Assembly: GCA_903873485.1 (NCBI GenBank)
Contig: CAIQOO010000074.1
Location: forward strand, 20,453-84,452
Source: an uncultured beta proteobacterium
GTDB taxonomy: Bacteria > Pseudomonadota > Gammaproteobacteria > Burkholderiales > Burkholderiaceae_C
Direction: 5' to 3'
DNA: 64,000 nucleotides
In this document: positions 47,824 through 57,077 of the stretch, piece after piece
Layout of the letters: each line of letters begins with the position of its first letter
How positions within the stretch are numbered: position 1 is the first letter of the stretch
Made by a program: the position numbers and the translations under genes
The notes under the pieces: model-generated
Told to the model about the DNA's origin: nothing
What the model saw: only the letters and a program-made list of their open reading frames with translations
The model's database searches: none

Positions 47824-49538
47824 TGCATGGCTTTTTCCAATTGCTTGAGCGACTTGGCCAGACTGAGCGCCGCCTTGTATTCGCCGCTGGCCACGGCCAT
47901 GGCCTGCTGCGCGAGCAGATAGCTGCGGTATTCGCTGCGGTGAAACTCTTCGCGTTTAGTCAGGACATCGAGTAGCTCATGGGCTTCCTTGACCTGTCCT
48001 GCCTGGGCCAGGCAGCGGGCCAGGCCGCAGCGCGCAAACAGATAGTCAGGATCAAGCGCGTAGGCCTGGCGGTACAGCGCAATGATCTCGGCGCGCGGGT
48101 GCTTCAGCCCTTCCTTGATACCGGCCAGATTGACCAGTGCCATGGGATGCTCAGGATGCATCTGTTGCAGTTGCTGCACATAACCCAGCGCCAAGCGCAG
48201 ATCGCCCGAGTCCACGGCTTCGTGCATGCGCTCGTGCAAGGCTTTGCCCGCCGGTGAAAAGGTACTCTCTTTGAATTCGTCGTGGATGCGCAGATTGGTC
48301 GTCTCGATCGTGCGCAATTCCCCTGCCATCCAGACCTCAATCGGCGCGTTGTTGTTGTGCAGTCCATGACTGCTGAGCCAGTTCAGCAGCGTCATGCGAT
48401 CGGAGTCCGACCCTTTCGGGAGCATGAGCTGCGCCTTCAGGTTTGCCAGTGCTGACGCATCACCGCGCGTTGCGCGCAGTTTCAGCACCATCAAGGCCAG
48501 GTGGCGAACCAGGTCATCGCCCAGACTGGCGGCCCGGCCCAGGTAGTCAGCATGGGCATCGCAGGCTTCAAGCAGCGCGTCCCAGCGCTGCTCCCATTGC
48601 GCGCCGGCTGGTCCCTGCGGCTTGCTGGGGATCGCCTTCACGCTGGTCATCCACTGGCTTGGAAACCACAGGGCGTGGCCGCCGGGCAGTTCGCTCTGCG
48701 GGTCTTTCGCCGCGTCGAACACGGTGCGCTGACCCTGGCTGGCGGTTTTCCAGAAAGCCGCCTTTGTTGACTCCTTCCAGGCTTTCTGCGCGGCTTTTTC
48801 GTCATCCAGGAAACGCAGCCCGGCGACCTGTGCAATGGCATCTTCCGAGCGGCGTGGTTGGGTGTGTTTGAACGTGGCGCGAAAGCCCAGGCAGCGCTCC
48901 AGCCCGTCAGACCAGCAGCGCCAGCGCACCACGCGTTCAAGGGCAAACAGGTTGTCCGGGCTGGTCTGCCAGTTGGCTTCCATCACGGCACGCGCCTGCG
49001 CCGCATCGCCGCTCAGGAACAGCGCCAGCGACAGGTTGTTGCGCGCCGACGGGTGATCAATGCCTTGCAGCACCGCCATACAGGCGGCCAGATTGTCATT
49101 GGCGAGGTGCATGCGTGACAGGTCGATCGCCTCGGCCTGCTCCAGGGTCAGCGCGCCCAGCGCGGACTCGATGCTTGGGGGCAGTGGCATATCCTGCCGC
49201 TGCATGACCGCCAGACGCTGGAGCGCGCGGCCATGCACCGCCACCAGACCGGCAGCTTGGGCACTTTGGCACAGGGCCTCAAGCGCCGCTTGGCTGCCGG
49301 GGTCGCTGAGCTGCCATTCCCAGGCCCGGGCAGCGGCTTGCATCGGTGTGCCGCAGTGACTCTCGATCTCCCAGGCCAGGCCCAGCAGGGGCTTGAAGTC
49401 GGGAAAGGACTTGCGCAGTGCTGCCAGGCGCTGGCTCGCCAGCACCTGGTTGCCACGGGCTGCCAGGCGGCTCACCGTCGTGAGCTGTTCAGCACTGGGG
49501 AGCAGAGCGTTTTTTATGTGCTTGTCGGTTTTGGCCAT
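47820..49538 (-). CDS. TPR-like helical repeat protein
   Basis: Ala/Leu-rich helical repeats such as SARNNLSLALFLSGDAAQARAVM and DPDYLFARCGLARCLAQAGQVKEAHELL; stop overlaps the kinase ATG. Confidence 0.7.
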   Translation of the reverse strand: MAKTDKHIKNALLPSAEQLTTVSRLAARGNQVLASQRLAALRKSFPDFKPLLGLAWEIESHCGTPMQAAARAWEWQLSDPGSQAALEALCQSAQAAGLVAVHGRALQRLAVMQRQDMPLPPSIESALGALTLEQAEAIDLSRMHLANDNLAACMAVLQGIDHPSARNNLSLALFLSGDAAQARAVMEANWQTSPDNLFALERVVRWRCWSDGLERCLGFRATFKHTQPRRSEDAIAQVAGLRFLDDEKAAQKAWKESTKAAFWKTASQGQRTVFDAAKDPQSELPGGHALWFPSQWMTSVKAIPSKPQGPAGAQWEQRWDALLEACDAHADYLGRAASLGDDLVRHLALMVLKLRATRGDASALANLKAQLMLPKGSDSDRMTLLNWLSSHGLHNNNAPIEVWMAGELRTIETTNLRIHDEFKESTFSPAGKALHERMHEAVDSGDLRLALGYVQQLQQMHPEHPMALVNLAGIKEGLKHPRAEIIALYRQAYALDPDYLFARCGLARCLAQAGQVKEAHELLDVLTKREEFHRSEYRSYLLAQQAMAVASGEYKAALSLAKSLKQLEKAMQ

Positions 49539-49617
49539 GATGGGTTAAATGGTTTGGATGGAAGTGCCTGTGTCAGTGCCAACACTGACATTATCGAGGT
49601 GTGCCGATAGATTTATG

Positions 49618-49674
49618 CCAAATCAGCCACCAGCCCTTATGCAGCATGCGCTTGTAGCTATAAATAAAATAGCA
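49618..49674 (+). repeat. 56-bp dispersed element, copy 11
   Basis: ccaaatcagccaccagcccttatgcagcatgcgcttgtagctataaataaaatagca. Confidence 0.85.
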
Positions 49675-49771
49675 TTCTGGCGAGCGGTTGATCAAGTGTA
49701 GTGCGGGCGATGGCGCTCTGATCTACTGGCGCAGTTGGCAAAATTGGAGTTGGTGCTGTGCTACGATGAAA

Positions 49772-49786
49772 TTTCGTTTTACGAAA
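49772..49786. promoter_or_regulatory. probable TA autoregulatory operator
   Basis: Perfect dyad TTTCGT-TTT-ACGAAA ending 10 bp before the antitoxin ATG. Confidence 0.4.
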
Positions 49787-49796
49787 ACCTATTTGT

Positions 49797-50066
49797 ATGA
49801 CAAGTGTTGCTGTTTCACCCAAATTTCAAGTCGTCATACCCAAAGATGTCCGCAAGCAACTCAACATCCTGCCCGGCCAGCGGGTGGATGTGCGGGTTGA
49901 GGGCTTGCATATCGTGCTGCAGCCAGAGCTGCCGATGTCGGCTCTGCGCGGACTGTGCCCGGGCATCGATACCAATGTACCCAACGACCCCGAAGGCCCA
50001 GCCTGGCCCGGCGGCTGTGACTTGCTGGCTGAACCTGTCTGGGTGCCGCCGAGCCAGCGCGGATGA
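49797..50066 (+). CDS. AbrB/MazE/SpoVT-type antitoxin (VapB)
   Basis: VAVSPKFQVVIPKDVRKQLNILPGQRV; ATGA overlap with toxin. Confidence 0.85.
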   Translation: MTSVAVSPKFQVVIPKDVRKQLNILPGQRVDVRVEGLHIVLQPELPMSALRGLCPGIDTNVPNDPEGPAWPGGCDLLAEPVWVPPSQRG

Positions 50067-50473
50067 ACATTGTTGATTCATGCGGCTGGCTTGAGTTCAT
50101 TGCCAATGGCCAAAATGCAGACTTTTTTCAGCCAGTGCTGGAGGACGAAGAGCAACTGCTGCTGCCTGGTCTGGTGGCTTTTGAGGTAATCCGTCGCTTG
50201 ATGGCGCTCAAACAGGATGTCGCGATTGGCCCCACGCTGGCCGTTATGGGTCGGTTGAAACGGGTCGATTTGACCGTGGCCCAGTTGGCGCAGGCCGCCT
50301 TCGCCGCCCGCACCCACAAGCTGGCCATGGCGGATGCCATTATTTGGCAAACTGCCCAAGTGAGTCAGGCCAGGCTTTATACCCAGGATATTGATTTGCA
50401 AGGTTTGCCCGGAGTGGTTTACCAAGCCAGGCGGCTCAACAACGAAGGCTTGATCCGACCGGGAAATGCATAA
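50063..50473 (+). CDS. VapC PIN-domain toxin
   Basis: IVDSCGWLE, FEV, MADAII acidic PIN residues. Confidence 0.88.
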   Translation: MNIVDSCGWLEFIANGQNADFFQPVLEDEEQLLLPGLVAFEVIRRLMALKQDVAIGPTLAVMGRLKRVDLTVAQLAQAAFAARTHKLAMADAIIWQTAQVSQARLYTQDIDLQGLPGVVYQARRLNNEGLIRPGNA

Positions 50474-50519
50474 GAAGTCAGCCGCTGGCCCAGCATGTCA
50501 TCGCCTCAGCCGGACAACA

Positions 50520-51821
50520 TCAGGCAATACCCGGCAGCACCGCTTCCGGGGCCGGACTTGACCGGCGCGCCCGCTCGGCGGCCTGCACCGCCGCGACCCT
50601 GGCCTGATGCACCAGTTCACCCACTTTTTGGCCGGTAGCCCCCGCCGCCATTGCGCTGTCAGCTATCTTTTTTGTATCGACCTGCTGCATCACCGCGAGC
50701 ACCGCCAGCAGGTGCTGGCGCTGCGGGTAGGCCTGCCCGGTGTGGCCAAGCCGGCCGCGCGCATCGCATTCGCAGGCCAGCAGGATGTCGGTCATGCGCT
50801 GTGGCTTGCGCAGCGCATCGCAGCGCTCGAGCAGGCGCACCAGCGCGGCGGCGCCGATATCGCTGCTGCGGTGGATGTTGCTGTGTTCGCGTGCCACCAC
50901 ATCAGCGAGTTCGCGCGCCTCGACGGGAATGCGCAGGCGCTGGCAAATTCCCTTGAGCAGTTTGGCGCCGCGCTCTTCGTGGCCCAGATGGCGCGGCAGG
51001 ATGTCGGGCGGGGTGTTGCCTTTGCCCAGGTCGTGAAACAGGCAGGCCACCCGCACCGCCAGTGGCGCCTGCAGCCGGGCCGCCATGTCGAGCACCATCA
51101 TCAGGTGCACGCCGGTATCGACTTCGGGGTGGTAGTCGGCGCGTTGCGACACCCCCCACAGGCAGTCCACTTCGGGCAGCAGGCGCTGCAATGCACCGCA
51201 GGCGCGCAGCACCTCGAACAGGCGCGACGGGGTGGCATCCATCAGTCCGCGCGCCAGTTCCTGCCAGACCCGCTCGGCGACCAGGTGGTCCACCTCGCCG
51301 CTGGCCACCATCTCGCGCATCAGCGCCAGCGTTGCTGGCGCTAGCGTGAAGTCGGCAAAACGCGCGGCAAAACGCGCTACCCGCAGGATGCGCACCGGGT
51401 CTTCCCGAAACTGCGGGCTGACATGGCGCAACAGCCGCGTCGCCAGGTCTGCCATGCCACCATGCGGGTCAATCACCATTTTTGCATCAAAATGGCCTCC
51501 AGCCCTTATGCAGTCTGCGCTGACAGCTATCGCATTAATAGTAAGGTCACGGCGTGCCAGATCGTCTTGCAAGGTCACTTCAGGCGATGCATGGATGACA
51601 AAGCCGTGGTAGCCCGGCGCAGTCTTGCGCTCGGTGCGCGCCAGTGCAAATTCTTCATGGGTTTGTGGGTGCAAAAACACCGGAAAGTCTTTGCCGACCG
51701 GCACAAAGCCTTGGTCGATCAGGGCTTTGGGGGTGGCGCCCACCACCACCCAATCGCGGTCCTTGATCGCCAGTCCCAGCAAGGCATCACGCACCGCACC
51801 GCCCACCAGATAAATTTGCAT
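50520..51821 (-). CDS. cca: multifunctional CCA-adding enzyme with HD domain
   Basis: LVGGAVRD, DRDWV, RRDLTINA, EDPVRILRVARF, HPEVDTGVH, HDLGKG. Confidence 0.96.
   Translation of the reverse strand: MQIYLVGGAVRDALLGLAIKDRDWVVVGATPKALIDQGFVPVGKDFPVFLHPQTHEEFALARTERKTAPGYHGFVIHASPEVTLQDDLARRDLTINAIAVSADCIRAGGHFDAKMVIDPHGGMADLATRLLRHVSPQFREDPVRILRVARFAARFADFTLAPATLALMREMVASGEVDHLVAERVWQELARGLMDATPSRLFEVLRACGALQRLLPEVDCLWGVSQRADYHPEVDTGVHLMMVLDMAARLQAPLAVRVACLFHDLGKGNTPPDILPRHLGHEERGAKLLKGICQRLRIPVEARELADVVAREHSNIHRSSDIGAAALVRLLERCDALRKPQRMTDILLACECDARGRLGHTGQAYPQRQHLLAVLAVMQQVDTKKIADSAMAAGATGQKVGELVHQARVAAVQAAERARRSSPAPEAVLPGIA
51488..51543 (+). repeat. 56-bp dispersed element, copy 12 (inside cca)
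   Basis: caaaatggcctccagcccttatgcagtctgcgctgacagctatcgcattaatagta; antisense reads TINAIAVSADCIRAGGHF. Confidence 0.8.
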
Positions 51822-51822
51822 C

Positions 51823-52506
51823 TCAGGCGTGCAGGCGGTAAGGCTCTTCGAAGTCGCGGAAATCCTGTTCGGCCAGCGCGTCGTCAATCCAGGCCTGGAT
51901 GCCGGGCAGGGCGACTACCCGCTCCAGGTAAGCCAAGATGTCGGGCGGCAGCGGCAGCGCATAAGTGATCAGGCGCGTCAATACCGGCGCAAAGTAGGCA
52001 TCGGCGATGCTGAAGTCGCCAAACAGCAGCGGGCCGCCGTATGTCTTGAGCAGTTGCTGCCACATCGCCACCAGCCGTGCCAGGTCGGCGCGCACGCCGG
52101 GCTGGTCACGCCAGATCAGCGCGCCCACTTGCGGCAGCCGGGCTTCGATGTTCATCGGGCAGGCGCTGCGCAGCGCGCTGAAGCCGCTGTGCATTTCAGC
52201 GCACAGGCTGTGGGCACGGGCACGCGCCGCCTTGTCGGCCGGCCACAGTTGTTTGTCAGGAAACTGCTCGGCGAGGTATTCGGCAATCGCCAGCGTGTCC
52301 CAGATCACCAGCCCAGCATCGACCAGCACCGGCACCTTGGCCACCGGGCTGATTTTGCCGATGGCGGTCTTGAACTGCGAGTCGGGCGTGAAGGCGTCAA
52401 AACGCAGCATGACCTCTTCAAAGTCAATGCCCGCCTGCTTGAGCAGCACCCAGGAGCGCATTGACCAGGAGGAGTAGTTTTTGTTGCCGATGTAGAGTTT
52501 GAGCAT
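51823..52506 (-). CDS. glutathione S-transferase family protein
   Basis: IGNKNYSSWSMR, KVPVL, WDTLAIAEYL, AEMHSGF, ADAYFAP. Confidence 0.93.
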   Translation of the reverse strand: MLKLYIGNKNYSSWSMRSWVLLKQAGIDFEEVMLRFDAFTPDSQFKTAIGKISPVAKVPVLVDAGLVIWDTLAIAEYLAEQFPDKQLWPADKAARARAHSLCAEMHSGFSALRSACPMNIEARLPQVGALIWRDQPGVRADLARLVAMWQQLLKTYGGPLLFGDFSIADAYFAPVLTRLITYALPLPPDILAYLERVVALPGIQAWIDDALAEQDFRDFEEPYRLHA

Positions 52507-52579
52507 GGATGAAATCGGGGAAATAAAGGGCAGGGGGCAAGAGTGGGCCGCGACCGGCAGCGGCCGGGCGCAGCGCCAT

Positions 52580-54562
52580 TCAGGGCAACGCGCGATTTTC
52601 GCCAACTTTTGCGTCACGCGGGCCGATCTGGCCGAGCCGGCTCCTGAGCGACTGGGTTTGCCCGGTGATCATGGCGGCATACAGGGTGGTGTTGGCCAGC
52701 ACTTTTTTGACATAGTCACGGGTTTCGGCAAACGGGATGTTTTCGGCCCAGATGGCGGCTTCGAGCACCGGCGCGCCGCTGCTGCCGCGCCAGGCGCGTG
52801 GCCGACCTGGCCCGGCGTTGTAGGCGGCAGCGGCCAGCGGCATCGAGCCGGCAAAATCGTCAAGCACCAGCTTGAGGTAGCCGGTGCCGATCGCGATATT
52901 GGTGTCGCGGTCATTGATCTGGTGCGGCTTGAACTGGCTCAGGCCGATTTTTTTGGCGGTCCACCGGGCTGTCTCGGGCATCACCTGCATCAGCCCGCTG
53001 GCGCCGACCCCGGAGCGCGCATTGGTGATAAAGCGGCTTTCCTGGCGAATCAGGCCATACACATAGGCCGGATCAAGACCGATTTCGCGGCTGCGCGCCA
53101 GCACTTCTTTTTTGTGCGGCATCGGAAAACGCTGGGTCAGGTCAATCACCGCCCGGGTGCGGTCGCTGGTGTTGATGCAGCGGTCCCATACTTCATGCTG
53201 ACAGGCCAGGTCGGCGGCGGCCAGCAGTTCGCGGTCGCTCATGCCGCCATCGGTGTGCAGATTGGTGCTGTAGTTCCATTCGCGCACACCGTCGGCGCGC
53301 AGGCCCAGCGCCATTGCTGCCAAGGCGCGCTGCAAGCCGGGGTTGTTGCGCGCCTGCTCTTGTTCGGCAGCGGTCAGTGGCTCTGGTGCAAGCGGCGGCA
53401 CGATGCTCAGGCCCAGCGCCTCTTGCGCCAGCATTTCATAAAACCCGCGCACGCTGGCGATGCCTTGCAGCAACTCGCGCGCCTGTTGCTGCTCGGTCTC
53501 GGTGCGACTGGTTTGCATCAGTGCCCGGGCACGCCAATAAACCCAGGTGGACTGGCTGGCCAAGTCGGGGCTCATGGCCAAAATGGCAGCCAACGCGTCT
53601 TGCCACTGGTGGCGGCGCAAGGCGGCGCGGGTGCGCCAGGCCAGATGCTCGTCGCTCATGCCAAGCGGGCTGGCCTTGCTGAAATGGCCGAGCGCATCAT
53701 CAGACAGATTTTGGGCAAATTGCTTGCCAATCGCGCCCCAGGCCCAGGTGCGCTGCGCGGTACTCAGGTGTCGGCTCCAGCGGCTTTCCAGCGCACTGGC
53801 GGCACCTTCGGGGTTGCTGTCGGCCCAGCGCACCAGCGCCAGCAATGCCAATTCTTGCGTCAGCGGTTTGGCTGAAGGGGTCTGGCGGCTGAGAAAACGC
53901 TCGGGGTCTTGCGTCAGTTCGTCAAATTCGGTGTTGGCATCGGGCGCCACGATGGCCACCGCCAGCCGCGCGGCCTTGAGTTGGCGGGCCTCCAGCGCCA
54001 GCCGGGCCTTGCGCCAGATGTCGGCAGCCGTCAGGTGTTTGGCGGCAAAGTGTTGTTGCGCTGCCAGCGCGCAGCCGGCCCCCGAATCCTTTTGCCGGTA
54101 CCACTGAGACTTGAGTTCTTCGGACAGGTTGACGCCACCGAGGATATGTTCTGCCGCCAGCGTGTAGCAGCGCACCTCGGGGTCGTCGTTCATGCGAAAG
54201 TTGGGTGCCACCACGGCAAAACGGCTCCAGTCGCGGCGCTGGCCCAGCAGCAGCAGCCAGTCGTTGCGCAGCCGGTCTTCCTGGTAAGTGCCCTGGTAAC
54301 GGTCTAAAAAATTGGTGATCTCATCGACACTGGCGCTGTCGAGCCGGGCACGCAACTCCCAGTAAGCGGCCCAGGGTTCCAGGATATGGCCACGGGCGTG
54401 CGGCAGCAACTCGGTCAGGCGTTTGCTCTGCCCTTTTTGAAAGGCGAGGCTCATGTCTTGCAGCACGTCATCGGCCCGGCTGTAGCCAGCCAAAGCGGTG
54501 GTGGGGAGCGCGGTCAGTGCGCCCAGGAGGCTAATCGATGTCAAAATGTTTGCGAACTGCAT
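52580..54562 (-). CDS. slt: soluble lytic murein transglycosylase
   Basis: Superhelical N-terminus; IRQES, GLMQVMP, AYNAGPG, ETRDYV. Confidence 0.93.
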   Translation of the reverse strand: MQFANILTSISLLGALTALPTTALAGYSRADDVLQDMSLAFQKGQSKRLTELLPHARGHILEPWAAYWELRARLDSASVDEITNFLDRYQGTYQEDRLRNDWLLLLGQRRDWSRFAVVAPNFRMNDDPEVRCYTLAAEHILGGVNLSEELKSQWYRQKDSGAGCALAAQQHFAAKHLTAADIWRKARLALEARQLKAARLAVAIVAPDANTEFDELTQDPERFLSRQTPSAKPLTQELALLALVRWADSNPEGAASALESRWSRHLSTAQRTWAWGAIGKQFAQNLSDDALGHFSKASPLGMSDEHLAWRTRAALRRHQWQDALAAILAMSPDLASQSTWVYWRARALMQTSRTETEQQQARELLQGIASVRGFYEMLAQEALGLSIVPPLAPEPLTAAEQEQARNNPGLQRALAAMALGLRADGVREWNYSTNLHTDGGMSDRELLAAADLACQHEVWDRCINTSDRTRAVIDLTQRFPMPHKKEVLARSREIGLDPAYVYGLIRQESRFITNARSGVGASGLMQVMPETARWTAKKIGLSQFKPHQINDRDTNIAIGTGYLKLVLDDFAGSMPLAAAAYNAGPGRPRAWRGSSGAPVLEAAIWAENIPFAETRDYVKKVLANTTLYAAMITGQTQSLRSRLGQIGPRDAKVGENRALP

Positions 54563-54573
54563 ATATGGAGATT

Positions 54574-55173
54574 ATGAATAATTCTGATGAAAAAACCGCG
54601 TCCGACAAAAAAGCCTTGCGCAAAATCCTGATCAAGCAGCGTCTGCAACTGCCAGACCGGGCGCAGCGGGTGGATTTGCTGTGCCGCGTCATGCGGATCT
54701 GGCTGGTTGGCCGACCCGACACGGTGATTGGCGCCTACTGGCCGATCAAAGGCGAATTTGACCCGCTGCCGGCGCTGCACCGCTGGAAAGAAGACGGCGA
54801 ACTGGTCGAGCGCCCTCAATTGCGCAAGATTGGACTGCCGGTGGTGGATAAAGTTCACCAAACCATGAGTTTTCATGCCTGGTATCCGGGCTGCCCGATG
54901 GAAGATGATGCGTTTGGCATTCCCAAACCCAAGGACACCGAGCTGATTGTGCCGACCTTGCTGTTTGTCGCCTGTGTCGGTTATGCGCCGGGTGGCTACC
55001 GGCTGGGTTATGGCGGCGGTTTTTACGACCGCACGCTCGCTGGCCTGGCACCCAAACCATTTACCGTCGGCCTGGGGTTTGGCACCGACTTTTTGCCCGA
55101 CTTTGAGCCAGCGCCGCATGACGTGGCGCTGGATGCCATTTTGAACGACCACGGCGTGGTGTGGCCAATTTAG
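54574..55173 (+). CDS. 5-formyltetrahydrofolate cyclo-ligase
   Basis: KALRK, YWPIKGE, GIPKP, RLGYGGGFYDRTL. Confidence 0.92.
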   Translation: MNNSDEKTASDKKALRKILIKQRLQLPDRAQRVDLLCRVMRIWLVGRPDTVIGAYWPIKGEFDPLPALHRWKEDGELVERPQLRKIGLPVVDKVHQTMSFHAWYPGCPMEDDAFGIPKPKDTELIVPTLLFVACVGYAPGGYRLGYGGGFYDRTLAGLAPKPFTVGLGFGTDFLPDFEPAPHDVALDAILNDHGVVWPI

Positions 55174-55175
55174 CC

Positions 55176-56453
55176 ATGACGCTGCACAGTCTGATCGACC
55201 CGCTGATTGATGCCTCGTTCAAGGGCTTTCCGCATCACAGTGCGCCGCTGCTGCGCTCGTGCATTGGCCAGCAGGGCTGGAATGTGTTGCAAGGCGACCT
55301 GCCGCTGCCGCTGGCAGTGGTCAAGCGCGAGGTGCTGCAGCACAACCTGGCCTGGATGCAAGACTTTGCCAGCGCGCGCGGGCTGGGGCTGGCGCCCCAC
55401 GGCAAAACCAGCATGTCGCCGCAGTTGTTTCGCCATCAGCTTGATGCCGGTGCCTGGGGCATGACCTTTGCCAACGTCACGCAGGCGCGCATCGGTGTCG
55501 CGGCTGGCGCGCAACGCTGCCTGATCGCCAACCAGGTGCTAGCCGAGGTGGATTTGCGCGGCATCGACGATCTCAAACACCGGCACCCCGAGTTGCGGCT
55601 GCTGTTTTTTGTCGATTCGGCAGCGCAACTTGAGCTGATCGAAGCCTGGCGCCAGCGCCATCCGGCGGCCCAGGCGTTTGAGGTGCTGCTTGAAATCGGC
55701 ATGCCCGGCGGGCGCACCGGCTGTCGCGATCTGCCACAGGCGTTGCACCTGGCCGAATTGCTGCATGACAGCGCCGCCGTGCGCCTGGCGGGCGTGGCAT
55801 GTTATGAGGGCCTGGCAGCCACCGGCCAAACCGCCCACGATGTCGCCTATGCCCGGCAATGGATCGAGCGGCTGCAGGCGCTGGCCCGGGCTTGCGACGA
55901 ACAGAACCTGTTTGACACCGATGAGGTGCTGCTCAGCGCCGGTGGCTCGGCGATTTTTGACCTGGTGGCCGATGGCCTGAAGCCCCAGTTGAGCCGACCG
56001 GTCATCGGCCTGCTGCGCTCGGGCTGCTATGTCACGCATGACCAGGGCCATTACCGGCGCATGATGCGTGCGGTGACCGACCGCACCGGCTGCGGCAGCG
56101 GTTTGCAGGCGGCGCTGGAGGTGTGGGCCCATGTGCAGTCCTGCCCCGAGCCGGGTCTGGCGCTGCTGGCCGTTGGCAAACGCGATATTTCCTATGACTG
56201 GGATCTGCCCACGCCGCTGCTGGTATGCCCGCGCGGCACCCATGAATTGCAGGCCGCTCCGACCGACTGGCAGATCAGCCAGCTCAACGACCAGCATGCC
56301 TATTTGCAGGGGCCGGCTCCGCTTGCCTTGCAGGTTGGTGACCGGGTTGGCCTGGGCATTTCGCACCCCTGCACCACCTTTGACAAATGGCGCTGGCTGC
56401 CGCTGGTCGATCGGCACTACACCGTGGTGGATGCGCTGGTGACCTGTTTTTGA
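55176..56453 (+). CDS. D-serine dehydratase/D-amino acid deaminase-like PLP enzyme (alanine racemase fold)
   Basis: APHGKT PLP lysine, RTG, YEG, RSGCY, GKRD, NDQH, SHPC. Confidence 0.85.
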   Translation: MTLHSLIDPLIDASFKGFPHHSAPLLRSCIGQQGWNVLQGDLPLPLAVVKREVLQHNLAWMQDFASARGLGLAPHGKTSMSPQLFRHQLDAGAWGMTFANVTQARIGVAAGAQRCLIANQVLAEVDLRGIDDLKHRHPELRLLFFVDSAAQLELIEAWRQRHPAAQAFEVLLEIGMPGGRTGCRDLPQALHLAELLHDSAAVRLAGVACYEGLAATGQTAHDVAYARQWIERLQALARACDEQNLFDTDEVLLSAGGSAIFDLVADGLKPQLSRPVIGLLRSGCYVTHDQGHYRRMMRAVTDRTGCGSGLQAALEVWAHVQSCPEPGLALLAVGKRDISYDWDLPTPLLVCPRGTHELQAAPTDWQISQLNDQHAYLQGPAPLALQVGDRVGLGISHPCTTFDKWRWLPLVDRHYTVVDALVTCF

Positions 56454-56491
56454 GGCGCCGAACCACCGGTTGAGCGCTGGATAATCAAGCC

Positions 56492-57073
56492 ATGAACAAG
56501 AATCTGACCGATGTGCAAGATGTTGTTTTCCGCGAAGTGGTCCAGTTGCCCGCGCCGGTTGCCCCCAGCGCACATTTCATGATGGCGCACCCGGCGCATG
56601 TGATGGCGCTGGGTTTTGGTGCCGGCCTGAGCACCAGGGCACCCGGCACCATGGGCACCCTGTGGGCCTGGGCGGTGTTTGCCGTGCTGCAAGACCGCCT
56701 GAGTGAGTTGCAGTGGGGCGTGCTGATTGCCGCCAGCGTGCTGGCGGGCTGGTGGGCCTGCAGCATCACTGCCCGGCACCTGCGGCTGGCAGACCCCGGC
56801 AGCATTGTGTGGGACGAGATTGCCGCCTTTTGGCTGGTGCTGTGGCTGATCAGCCCAACCGGGTTTTGGGGCCAGTTGGCGGCGTTTGCGCTGTTTCGGT
56901 TTTTTGACGCAGTCAAGCCCGGCCCGGTGGGCTGGGCTGACCAGTTGTTTCATGATGTTGACCCAAGGGTTGACCCGGCGGCCTGGCGCAAGGCCGGCTG
57001 GGGCATCATGCTGGATGATTTGGTGGCGGCATTTTGCACCCTGCTGCTGCTGGCGCTGTGGCGTGCCTGGTAA
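56492..57073 (+). CDS. pgpA: phosphatidylglycerophosphatase A
   Basis: [37 protein letters not shown]. Confidence 0.93.
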   Translation: MNKNLTDVQDVVFREVVQLPAPVAPSAHFMMAHPAHVMALGFGAGLSTRAPGTMGTLWAWAVFAVLQDRLSELQWGVLIAASVLAGWWACSITARHLRLADPGSIVWDEIAAFWLVLWLISPTGFWGQLAAFALFRFFDAVKPGPVGWADQLFHDVDPRVDPAAWRKAGWGIMLDDLVAAFCTLLLLALWRAW

Positions 57074-57077
57074 TCAG

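Noticed and set aside
54563-54573. 6S RNA (ssrS) upstream of the 5-formyl-THF cyclo-ligase
   Set aside because: Only 11 bp separate the divergent start codons.
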